64,000 nt of DNA, taken from assembly GCA_043228905.1 (NCBI GenBank), contig JBHGNT010000001.1, positions 21,886,001-21,950,000 of the forward strand, read 5' to 3'. Positions 37,990 to 47,974 of the stretch are shown piece by piece (positions within the stretch are counted from its first letter, which is position 1; each line of letters begins with the position of its first letter). The notes below the pieces were generated by a model that did no database searches, was not told the origin of the DNA, and saw only the letters and a list, made by a program, of their open reading frames with translations. Source of the stretch: Azolla caroliniana (Eukaryota > Plantae > Polypodiophyta). The translations under genes and the position numbers were made by a program.

Positions 37990-39018
37990 GAGCCTTTGAG
38001 AGGCAAGCACGCGGCAAGAAACGGAGCGGTGAGTTGCCGGGATCGGCGGATGAACGACGAGAGCGAAGGATGGTGCGCGGAGAACAATGGGGTACACACC
38101 GGGAAGAGAAGACGCGACGGCTTCCCAGAGGGCATGCAAGGCCAAGCGAACCAAGAGGGCGCAAGTCGAGGCGAGGCGGTAACGAGAGCCTCGAGGGACA
38201 CTGACACGGAGGTCGGGATGAAGATACGCTCTACGACGAGAGAGCACGATGGGAAAAGGAGAGGCAAGGAACACGGAATGAGGCCGCCTAAGGGCAAAAG
38301 AATGAGCGCATATTCGGGGGACAACATCGGCACATGAGAAGAGCCTATGGAAGGCAAGCGCGGAGCAGGAAGAGTCGACACACCGAGGTGTTCAGCATGC
38401 GGAGACGATAAAACCAAAGGAGGAATCTACGCGGCACGAGAAGGGCGGAATCCGGAGTGTGATCGGAGAGTTCGGGAGTGCACCCGGAGGACATACGAGC
38501 CTTTGCGAGGAATGCACGCGGCAAGAGACGGAGCGGTGAGGTGCCGGTATCAGCGGATGATCGGCGAGCATGGAAGGCTATGTCTTCAGAACCGGAGGAG
38601 GTGCGTGGAGAGCAACGGGCTACGCGCTGGGAAGAGGAAGCGCGGTGTCCCGGAAGGCATGCGAGGCCAAGCGGGTCAAGAGGACGAGAGTCGGGATGAA
38701 GTGGTAACGGGAGTCGCGAAGGACACTGACATGATGGTCGGGATGACGGTACGGTCTACGGCGAGAGAGCACGGTGAGCAAAGGAGAAACGAGGAGCGCG
38801 TAATGAGGTCGTCGAGGGACCAAAGAACGAGCGCATGTTCGGGAGACAACAAGGGCACACGGAAAGAGCCTACGGAAGGTGAGCGCGGAACGGAGGGAAT
38901 CGGCACGAGGTGTTTAAGACGAAGAGAGGATCGAGCCGGAGATAAAACACAAGCGGTACGCAAGGGGCGGAATCCGGTGAGCAAACGGGGTGACCGAGGG
39001 CCTAATCGGAGGACCTAC
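37990..39018 (+). repeat. Diverged tandem duplication, period 507 bp
   Basis: gagcctttg.gagg..gcacgcggcaaga at 37990 and 38497; peptides EPLRG.HAAR.GAV.CR and PEGM.GQA.QE repeated. Confidence 0.85.
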
Positions 39019-39439
39019 GTGGCGGACAAAGAAAGAGTGACCGGATCGGCAATGGCGTTCGGGAGGACCGACCGGGGAGGAAGGCGAACGCGGTGGATAT
39101 GGCAGTTCGGATGGAATCGATGTTTCGGGGACACACGGTGGACGTGGTGGATCGGGTGGAGCCGTCGCCTCGAGGACGTGTGACGGATACGGTGGAACGG
39201 GATGCTACGACGGTTCGTATGGAAGGGACGGGCATGCTCGAAATGGAAAACGAAGCCGAGCAAGGCCAACGAGGACACGACGGACCTCGGTTTTATCACC
39301 ATGGCCGAAAAATCTCACCTCTTCTCCTTTCTTGGCACATACCGGTGGATGTGCGGTTTGGTGGGGGCGGATGTCGTGAAGATTTTTGTCCATAGGCGGA
39401 AACCGGGGTGGAATAGGCAAATCGGTGGTGTGCACCATG

Positions 39440-39750
39440 TGCGGAAGGTGCGGAGGAAGATCAAGGCGGAATGTGATATCATTAATCTTGCTGGTAATAC
39501 GGAAAGGATTGAGTCGTCGATAATCCAATTTGTCGCACGGTTGAGTTGTCTTAATGTGACGACGTAAGAGCCATACTCGATCTCCGATGGCAAAAGAGGA
39601 GGGAAGCCGATGATGATCTATATAAGTCTTTTGAGTGTGTTGAGCATAACGAAGATGAGTAGATAGATCCGTCTGAATCTTGCGTAGCCTCTCCAGATGA
39701 TCCTCGGCACGAGGATTGGTAGGTAGCTCCGAAGTGTCGATCACAGACCA
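39440..39750 (-). pseudogene. Tcn1-like integrase C-terminal fragment
   Basis: GDRVWLLRRHIKTTQPCDKLDYRRLNPFRI...FRLDLPPHL, homologous to the 36775 and 52209 ORFs. Confidence 0.85.
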
Positions 39751-40080
39751 TGGGGTGGTATAAGGGTAAAACATGATAGAGTGGTTGTTGTGTATGTGTA
39801 ATGTATATGGGCATGTGAGAATGAGTATGTGTATGACATGCACATTTGTGTGCATGTGTACAATGATGAGAGAGTGGGTAAGAAGTGTAACTACCTACTT
39901 GTCTCATTCTTTATTTGTAATGGTTACCTCTTGTACTATATAAACCCCACTCATGAGGCATGATGGAATAGAAGACCTTCCCCTCTCATTTTGTGTCATT
40001 CTCTATTTCTCTCTCCCTCCTGTGTAACCCCCTTAGGAGGGGGATGGAGTCGTTCTTAGGTCCAGCCCCCATCCACAACA

Positions 40081-40722
40081 TTGGTCGCTCTGAGTTGACC
40101 AACTCGGACTTGGTTGTATCAATTAGGTGTCTCCTATTGGCCAACTATGTAGAGTCGACTAGTCCCGAGTTCATAGTGGAGGGAGTCGATTGGGAAGATG
40201 ACCCCAACTTCTGTTATTTCCAGTCTTCAATAAATACTACGTTTCAACTCTTCATCACTTTCTTGTCGAGTATATTCTATAGTCTGTAGCCAAATTCATC
40301 CTTAAATGAGTACCCCAGGAATATGATTGGTTTTGACTTGTTGTCCAGCTTCGATCTCTAGTCCTTTGCAACATGCATATATGCCAAGCATTTGAACACC
40401 TTCAAGTGCTGATAAGACACATTTTCACAATGTCCACACTCTTTGTGGGACACCACCTTTTAGGGGCATTGAGGGAGACCTATTAATTAGATAGACAACT
40501 ATCAACATGGCTTCAACCCAATACGTCTTTGGAAGCTTTGCATGTGACAACATGCTCCTCACTCTTTCCATTATTGTCCAATTCATCCTATTTGCAAGAC
40601 CATTCAATTTAGGGGTATTAGCAACCATATATTCAAGTTTTACGCCTTGTGTCTTGCAATACTCCTTGAACTGTCCTCTATACTTGCCACCATTGTCGGT
40701 CAAGACAACCTTCACCTTTCCG
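40081..40722 (-). pseudogene. Tork-like Copia integrase fragment
   Basis: TDNGGKY, TPKLNGLANRMNWTIMERVRSML, YLINRSPS. Confidence 0.85.
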
Positions 40723-40724
40723 TC

Positions 40725-42282
40725 GAATACTAGTCTATAATGGCCATATTCACATTGTATCTTGGACAAACTAGATTTAGGAAAATTCTGTAAATATGTC
40801 AAAGGGCAGTTGCCCTAGTCCAGTTAGTATATAAGGGGCTTGTAACCTAGTTTGTGGTTGTTACTTTTATTAAAGAGCTTCTGCATAATATCGATTCGAA
40901 TTGTGTGCCTCTCGGTCTCTCCATCTCTATTTCTCTCTCACGCGTTGTTTTCTCTGATCTCACTACGTCTACCTTGTTAAATCAATGATCTTTAACTCAA
41001 GACGTGGTTTATGTTTCCGCTTTGACAGTCTCAAACTACAACATCTGGTATCAAAGTAGAGGTACTTCAAACCACTGCTAGCCGTCATTTATTCTCAAAA
41101 ACTTTCTTGCCCCTGTCTTTCTTGAAGAACCTGAGTTCAAGATCGCATCTTGAGGAGAGAAAGAAAACTGAAGATTCACACTCTACTTCGCTAGATCACT
41201 CTTAAGGTAAGCCAATCGGTTGTACCTTGCCTTTGTGATTGAATCCTTTAGGAGTGGAATCTCCATCAAATCCTCCTTGATCCTACTTAACCAGGTTAAA
41301 CACTTTCTACTTATCTGTTGTAACCTCTCAAAGCAGATCTAGATCTAGGGAACAACCCCAATCCGTGTTTCATTCAGCTGAACGACATTCGGGGGGACCA
41401 GTTGGCTCCGTCCCTCTCATCGTTGCAGTCACCCGAAATAGGATTGTCCTAGATAATCGGCACATAATCTGTGATCGGCATCTTGAAATTGACATTCGAC
41501 ATCGAATTGGCAAATTCTAGTTCAATTTGGCTAAGTCGATTGATTGTAGTCACTTTGGATTGAATCCACCAATAGTTGAAGTCGATTTGACTTGTGTTCA
41601 AATCCAACTAGAACAACATTGAGTGAGCCATTCGGCCACACTCCACCACTATTCATATTTGACTTCGAACGAAGTCTAGTAAATAAACACAAACGGCATC
41701 AACATCCGGCTCATTAGTGATGAGTCTAAGAAAATTCGACGGATCGAATTTCAATTTTTGGAAGGAGCAGATGCAAGTCTATTTGATAGTCAAGGGGCAA
41801 GTCGACACCAACAAAAATGAAAATGGTCTAGAAGGATACAAGCCGAACGAATGGCAGAAGCTGGATAGAATAGTTCATGCCACAATTCAGATGCACTTGT
41901 CAGAGTCAGTGTACTTCACAGTGCAATCGTGTTTGACAACCTTCCAATTATGGAAGACACTTTTAGACACTTATGAAAAGAAGGTTTCCGCCACCAAGAT
42001 ATATCTGATTTGGCGCCTTTTCAACCTTTGGATGAAGGAATCCCACTCAGTCCAGGCACACCTGAATGAGTACGAAAGTTTAAGCTCCCAAATTGCGGCC
42101 CAAGGGATGACGATCAAAGATGAACTGAGAGCAATGTTGGTTATGAGTAGTCTCCCCCTTTCGTGGGAAACTTTTGTCATTAGTGTGTGGAATGCGTCGA
42201 CTGCTACAATCAAATACTCCTCAGTCATGAGTGCAATTCTGATAGAAGTAGCTCGGGGAAAAGAGTTTGCAAATGATTTGGC
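40725..42282 (+). mobile_element. 5' part of a Copia element: partial LTR, PBS, leader, gag; truncated
   Basis: LTR ends ...ACAACA at 41043, PBS TGGTATCAAAGT at 41046, gag 41717-42282 (KFDGSNFNFWKEQM, SLPLSWETFV); left boundary approximate. Confidence 0.8.
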
Positions 42283-42446
42283 CAACCGGACGTTTCTGTA
42301 GTACACTAAGACGTTGGATCTAGTTCGACGATCCTTTTGGTGGCCCCATATGCGACGTTTTGTAGACGACTATGTTCAGACCTGTGATGCTTGTTGCCGA
42401 GCAAAGATGCCATGACATCATCCATATGGCTTGTTGGAATCCTTAC

Positions 42447-45400
42447 TGATAGAGTGTATAAGATAATAGATAGTTATACACTATATGAGGGCTTGACCAA
42501 ACCGATTAGATGGAGTTGAAAATCATAATATATTATATAGCTCTAGGTAATTATGATTAGAGAATATAACTCAAGAAACTAAGAAAAAAGATAGAGAAAG
42601 CGAGCAAGAAATAAGAATGTTCTGATATTCCAACATCAAGAGAATACAAAGGAGACAAACTCCACATTGAACTAAAACCAAAGACCTTCCTCTTCTAAGA
42701 CACTTCCTCTTCCACAAAGACACTTCTTCCTAACACTCCTCATCCACTCTTTGGCTTTAATCGAGGAAGTTGCTATAGCTTCCACCCACTTTGTCATGTA
42801 GTCAATGGCCACCAAAATAAACTCTTTACCATGTTGAGTTTTCGGAAGAGGTCCTACTGCATCAATTCCCCATTTCTCGAATGGAGCAAACACCACTATG
42901 GGTTGTAAAGGTCCACTTTGTAGATGTCTTATTCCCGCTTTTTGACATGCATCACAAGATCTACACCAATCATGCACATCCCTATGGATAGTAGGCCATG
43001 TAAAACCAATTAGTAAAATCTTTCTTATCATTATATCATGGGCTAAATGCCCACCACAAACTTCTTCATGCAACTTAAAGAGTATCTTTATAATCTCGCT
43101 TTTGTTAGGAACTCTTCGTAAAACTCCATCTTTCCCTTTGTTGTACAAATCTTCACCCACCAAATGATATTGTGAAGCCTTTGCCACCAAACGCTTTCTT
43201 TGCAAAGCATTGAGGTTATTTGGAAACTCTCCTTTATTAAGAAAATTATGTACTTCCTCTAGGGAGTCTACATCTTTGCACGTCTCCAAAACACCAACGA
43301 AACCTTCCTTGATCTTATCTAATTGGGCTTGAGCTAATGCATCCGCTTCTTTATTGTATAATCTCCCCACATGCTTAACCTGTATCTTTTCAAAAGACCT
43401 TAGTAGACTCATTGCTTCTTTATAAAAATTTCTAAGCCCATCACTTTGACATTTCCAATTGCCTTGAATTTGTTTAATTACCAATAAGGAATCACCCTTA
43501 AGAATTAATCTTTTTATCTTCATAGCTTTACATAGACGAAGACCATAACACAAGGTAGCATACTCCGCTTCATTATTTGAATTCACACCACTTAATGTAA
43601 TACCTTCACTTTTTACTCTGTCTCCTTGAGGATCCTTGAGAATAATCCCACCCACGGCTATGTTTGTGGCTTTGCGAAATGCCCCATCAAAGAATAAGGT
43701 GAATGCATCCTCCATATCCGGCTCGGGAAGTGCCTTTCGTAACTTTACCAAGTCTTCTTCATGAAAGGTTTCTCTAAAGGTGAGAAGATCCGCCAATTCG
43801 GCACGCATAGTTGATTCCAATTTGACTTCAAAATCAAACTCCGCCAATAGTAGAGCCCATTTAGCAATTCGTGCTGAAATGCTCACATGTTGGAGTACAT
43901 ATGGGAGTAATGACATGCTAGTGATTATTACAAAATGATGAGGTAGTAGAAAGCTTCTAAACTTTTTACAAGCATATATAAGAGCTAACATCCACTTTTC
44001 TACTTCTAAGAATTCTTTCTCTACATCAGACATGGCTTTACTAATAAAATATATAGGATGCATAAGCCTATTTTCAGAATCTTGTTGCATAAGAATGGCT
44101 CCTATAGCATGAGATCCAACACTAAGAGAAAGAAAGAAGGTAGATGTTCTATCAGGTGGCTTTAGAATAGGAGCATTACATAATAGTTCTTTTATTCTTA
44201 CATATTGCTCTTCAGTTGTAGATGTCCACAAGAAGTTGTTGGTGCGAAGAATAATGCGAAAAGGATAGAGAATTTGGGCCAACATATGAATGAATCGTTC
44301 AAAGTAACGAACTTTTTGAACAAATACCTCCAAATCTTTGATACTCGTGGGTGTTGTCATCTTTTGAATTGCTTCAATCTTTGAGCTATCAACTTTGATT
44401 CCTTCTTGAGACACCACATGACCAAGCATCACCACCTCCTTTTCACCTATGTGACACTTCTCTGGGTTGAGTTGCATTTTGCATTCCTCCAATCTTTTGA
44501 ATGCCGAGCGAACCTTTTCCAAATGGTCTTTCCTGCTACTATAAATTGCAAAGTCATCCATAAAGACTCTAACAAACTTTCCAAAGAATGGTTGGAATAC
44601 ATGAATAGCAAGACGATTAAATGTAAAAACAGCATTTGTGAGTCCAAAGGGCATGCATCGATATGCAAAGCATCCCCATGGAGTGATGAATGTCGTCTTC
44701 TTTTGATCCTCTTCCGCAATACGAATTTGAAAATAACTTGAATAGCCATCACAAACAGAGTACATTTCATGACCCGCAATTTCATCTAATATTTCATCTT
44801 GGAAAGGGAGAGGAAAGTGATCCCTCTTGGTAGCCGCATTTAGAGGTTTGTAATCAACACAAACCCTCCATTTTCCATTCTTTTTAGGTACCACCACAAT
44901 GGGCGAAACCCATTCAGAATCTTCCACTGGGTAAATGAATTGTGCACGCAACAAAGCTTTGACTTCCTTTAATAAGGCCTCCTTTTGCACGTGACCTAGC
45001 CTTCGCAACTTTTGCGCAACGGGAGTTGTACCCTCCTTTAGATTTATGTGATGTTGGATGACATCTACACCCCTAATATGAGCATAATCACTAATGAAAA
45101 GGTTAGGAAATTCAGAAATCAAATTAATAAATTGTTGCCTCTCTTGCCCTTTAAGATCTTTAGAAATCATCTTCTCTTTTTGCTCCATAGTAATTAAACC
45201 TCCTTCATCATCTTCTTCCTTCAAAACGGCATATGATGTGGTCATTTCCCATTCTGACGAGGAATCTTCACTTTCATCACTTTCATATGCGGACCCACTA
45301 TCATATTCAGTTATTCCATCTTCTTCTTTCTCAATAAGTCTTTGTTGCCGCATATCATAATGTATGCTCACTCCTTTTGATGGCGTTATGGTCATCAAAC

Positions 45401-47898
45401 CTTTGCTCCAATCTTGGACAACATTGAGTTCTTGCATCCATGGTCGTCCTAGTACCAAAGAATATGACGGTCCTTTTAGTGGTATTACATGAAAATCCAT
45501 GGAAATGCTTACCCCAAAACACTTGATGACAACATCCTCCACTATGCCAATGCAATGGACCACTCCACCAACGGCTACAGCCACTCTTGCCGAAGACGAC
45601 CTACTTATAGGAATTCCCACTTTGTTTACCACAAATTCAGAAATCAAGCTTACTCTAGCACCACTATCAACCAACGCATCTTTGATGTGAAACCCTTTGA
45701 TGGAGACGGGGATGGTGGGTCGTATGTCCTTTCGATCTTCTACTCGCACGATTCCCACATAATGCACAGTCTTCCGACTTTGGCGAATACTTGCAAGTCG
45801 CCCCCACTCCTTTCGTAATGTGGGAGATAATTGGAGAAGTTGCGGCCATGTTATCCTTGGTCCACTTGAAATCAACTCATGCTTCAAATTGAAAGCTTCT
45901 ACACCTTCACCCATAGGAATGTCCTCCATCTTGATCTTTCTTCTAGAGTGTCTCCTTCTCAATTTTTCCTCTTTCTCATTCTCCTTAGACTTCTTCTTTT
46001 GTCTTGAGGCACTAGATTCTCCTTCAACTTCTTTCTCCTTTTGCGAGGACCTTGTCCTTTTCACAGGAGCTACTTCAAAAGAATTATCACTATCATCAAT
46101 AAAATTAAGAAGATTCACATTATGAGGGATTGTAGGAACCTGAGCCATAGGGAGTGTTACGTTTCCTTCGACTTCATTGTTGTTAGGTCGTTGTCCATTC
46201 CTTTGCACTTGATAAATGCCTCTTCCCATGCCTCTTTGTTGTCGATGAGGACATCTTGTTGAGATGTGTCCCTCCTCTTGACAAGAATAACAAATTACAC
46301 CGTGATGCCCTCTAGAGCCACCACCATCGGGAATAGTGTTGTGAATTGCTTGGGATTGTCGCAAGTGGGTCATCACTTCATCAAAGCGCCGATTTACCAA
46401 TGCCATGGTATCTTGTTCACTCCTCACTTGTTCAACTTCTTGGGATATACTTGTTGGGTTTATTGTTGTGGTGGTATACACATTTGGAAACACTTGTCCC
46501 CCATGCACAATTGAAGATGAGGCTTGAAAGTTGGCACGAGGCATCAAATTTGCACCCAAAGCCGTCATTTGGGGATCCCCCAAGGAGCTCATCATCTTCA
46601 CTTGTCGATCATAAGCTTGACAAACTTGGATAAGAGCTTGAAACGATGTGGGATCCTTCAAGTTTGCTTCCAAACGGAAATACATATCAAGACCCATCTT
46701 GAATCGTTCCATTTTAAACCACTCGTCTTCAGTGCCGCCACGAAGACGAATCCATGTAGTCCACAAATCCTTGAAATTTCTTTCATACTCAGTGAAACCA
46801 ATTGGTGATTCCATCTTTAGTCGAAATAGCTCTTCCCTTACTTCGGTTGCACTTCGTCGTTGAATATATTTGGCACGAAACTGGTGCACCAACAATTGAT
46901 ATGCTCCCTGTTGGTTTGGAGGAAGAGAGTCATACCAATCTCGAGCTCGACCATAGAATGTAGCTACCAATAAAGGTAACTTCTCATTGTCGGTGATGCG
47001 TCCAATAGAGACAGCATGATGCTCAAAAGATGCCAAAAAGGCACCCGCATCTTGTGTTCTTTCACCTGAAAATGCAAATTGCATAGCTAAGTTAATGTAA
47101 TATAGTAACACAATTAAATGATAAGTTCTCCCTCCTATACGGAAAGGATCCGCCCTCCCTGGAGCGCCAAAATGATAGGGTGTATAAGATAATAGATAGT
47201 TATACACTATATGAGGGCTTGACCAAACCGATTAGATGGAGTTGAAAATCATAATATATTATATAGCTCTAGGTAATTATGATTAGAGAGTATAACTCAA
47301 GAAACTAAGAAAAAAGATAGAGAAAGCGAGCAAGAAATAAGAATGTTCTGATATTCCAACATCAAGAGAATACAAAGGAGACAAACTCCACATTGAACTA
47401 AAACCAAAGACCTTCCTCTTCTAAGACACTTCTTCCTAACACTCCTCATCCACTCTTTTCCCTTCCCTCCTTTTCCTTCTCTCTTTTATTACTTCTTCTT
47501 TTATAACTTTCCTCTTCTTATCCACGTTCATGCTATTTTTAGAAGCTTTTTATCTCCCTATTTTTAGCTATGACACATCAACCTTCTAATCGTCATATCT
47601 CCCTCATCCGATATCCAAATTAAGCGATTTAAAAAGCTATAGAAAGCTCTTTTTACAAGCTTTCTAATCCATATTTAAACGTGATATTTGGATAAACAAC
47701 GAGGGAGTTATGACCATTCTATTTTTACTGTTTTTTATAGTCTGCGTTTTCTCTTTTTACTTTTCTCTTGGTCTCGTACTTTTACTTTTGACTTCTTCCC
47801 TAAGGTCTTAGTTCGTGTTCTTATCCTCAAAAGGTGAATTATCTATACTTTATATTCTCCTAATGTTCAATGGCTTAGATTCTAAAAACACTTTCACA
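42447..47898 (-). mobile_element. Tat-type Ty3/Gypsy with additional RNase H; internal deletion of INT 3' half, PPT and part of the 3' LTR
   Basis: TSD CTTAC; 5' LTR 47173-47898; 3' LTR remnant 42447-42752; PBS TGGCGCTCCAGGGAGGG at 47153-47169. Confidence 0.93.
42672..47084 (-). CDS. Gag-PR-RT-RH-aRH-INT(partial) polyprotein, open but truncated into the LTR
   Basis: CYSCQEEGHISTRC, LVDSGA, FMDDF, degenerate RH, aRH LFFDGA...NNEAEY...GDSLLV...NKEADALA, INT HHCC and WGIDAVGP; last ~27 aa are LTR-derived; start ATG inferred. Confidence 0.85.
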   Translation of the reverse strand: MQFAFSGERTQDAGAFLASFEHHAVSIGRITDNEKLPLLVATFYGRARDWYDSLPPNQQGAYQLLVHQFRAKYIQRRSATEVREELFRLKMESPIGFTEYERNFKDLWTTWIRLRGGTEDEWFKMERFKMGLDMYFRLEANLKDPTSFQALIQVCQAYDRQVKMMSSLGDPQMTALGANLMPRANFQASSSIVHGGQVFPNVYTTTTINPTSISQEVEQVRSEQDTMALVNRRFDEVMTHLRQSQAIHNTIPDGGGSRGHHGVICYSCQEEGHISTRCPHRQQRGMGRGIYQVQRNGQRPNNNEVEGNVTLPMAQVPTIPHNVNLLNFIDDSDNSFEVAPVKRTRSSQKEKEVEGESSASRQKKKSKENEKEEKLRRRHSRRKIKMEDIPMGEGVEAFNLKHELISSGPRITWPQLLQLSPTLRKEWGRLASIRQSRKTVHYVGIVRVEDRKDIRPTIPVSIKGFHIKDALVDSGARVSLISEFVVNKVGIPISRSSSARVAVAVGGVVHCIGIVEDVVIKCFGVSISMDFHVIPLKGPSYSLVLGRPWMQELNVVQDWSKGLMTITPSKGVSIHYDMRQQRLIEKEEDGITEYDSGSAYESDESEDSSSEWEMTTSYAVLKEEDDEGGLITMEQKEKMISKDLKGQERQQFINLISEFPNLFISDYAHIRGVDVIQHHINLKEGTTPVAQKLRRLGHVQKEALLKEVKALLRAQFIYPVEDSEWVSPIVVVPKKNGKWRVCVDYKPLNAATKRDHFPLPFQDEILDEIAGHEMYSVCDGYSSYFQIRIAEEDQKKTTFITPWGCFAYRCMPFGLTNAVFTFNRLAIHVFQPFFGKFVRVFMDDFAIYSSRKDHLEKVRSAFKRLEECKMQLNPEKCHIGEKEVVMLGHVVSQEGIKVDSSKIEAIQKMTTPTSIKDLEVFVQKVRYFERFIHMLAQILYPFRIILRTNNFLWTSTTEEQYVRIKELLCNAPILKPPDRTSTFFLSLSVGSHAIGAILMQQDSENRLMHPIYFISKAMSDVEKEFLEVEKWMLALIYACKKFRSFLLPHHFVIITSMSLLPYVLQHVSISARIAKWALLLAEFDFEVKLESTMRAELADLLTFRETFHEEDLVKLRKALPEPDMEDAFTLFFDGAFRKATNIAVGGIILKDPQGDRVKSEGITLSGVNSNNEAEYATLCYGLRLCKAMKIKRLILKGDSLLVIKQIQGNWKCQSDGLRNFYKEAMSLLRSFEKIQVKHVGRLYNKEADALAQAQLDKIKEGFVGVLETCKDVDSLEEVHNFLNKGEFPNNLNALQRKRLVAKASQYHLVGEDLYNKGKDGVLRRVPNKSEIIKILFKLHEEVCGGHLAHDIMIRKILLIGFTWPTIHRDVHDWCRSCDACQKAGIRHLQSGPLQPIVVFAPFEKWGIDAVGPLPKTQHGKEFILVAIDYMTKWVEAIATSSIKAKEWMRSVRKKCLCGRGSVLEEEGLWF

Positions 47899-47974
47899 CT
47901 TACCAATTCCAAGTAAGCCATGGTAGTCCATTTGTCTTGATTTTATCACAGATCTTTTAGTCTCAAAGGGTTTT

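Larger units (their letters stand above)
30603..40080 (+). mobile_element. Putative pol-less LTR element remnant (gag-like start, repeat-rich ORF, PPT, candidate 3' LTR 39372-40080)
   Basis: Abrupt AT-to-GC shift near 30600; gag-like VKELQEAHESWESFEGALMEAY; G-rich tract ggtgggggcgga then TGTCGTG at 39372 and ...CACAACA at 40080 with a TATA near 39937; no 5' LTR or TSD found. Confidence 0.5.
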
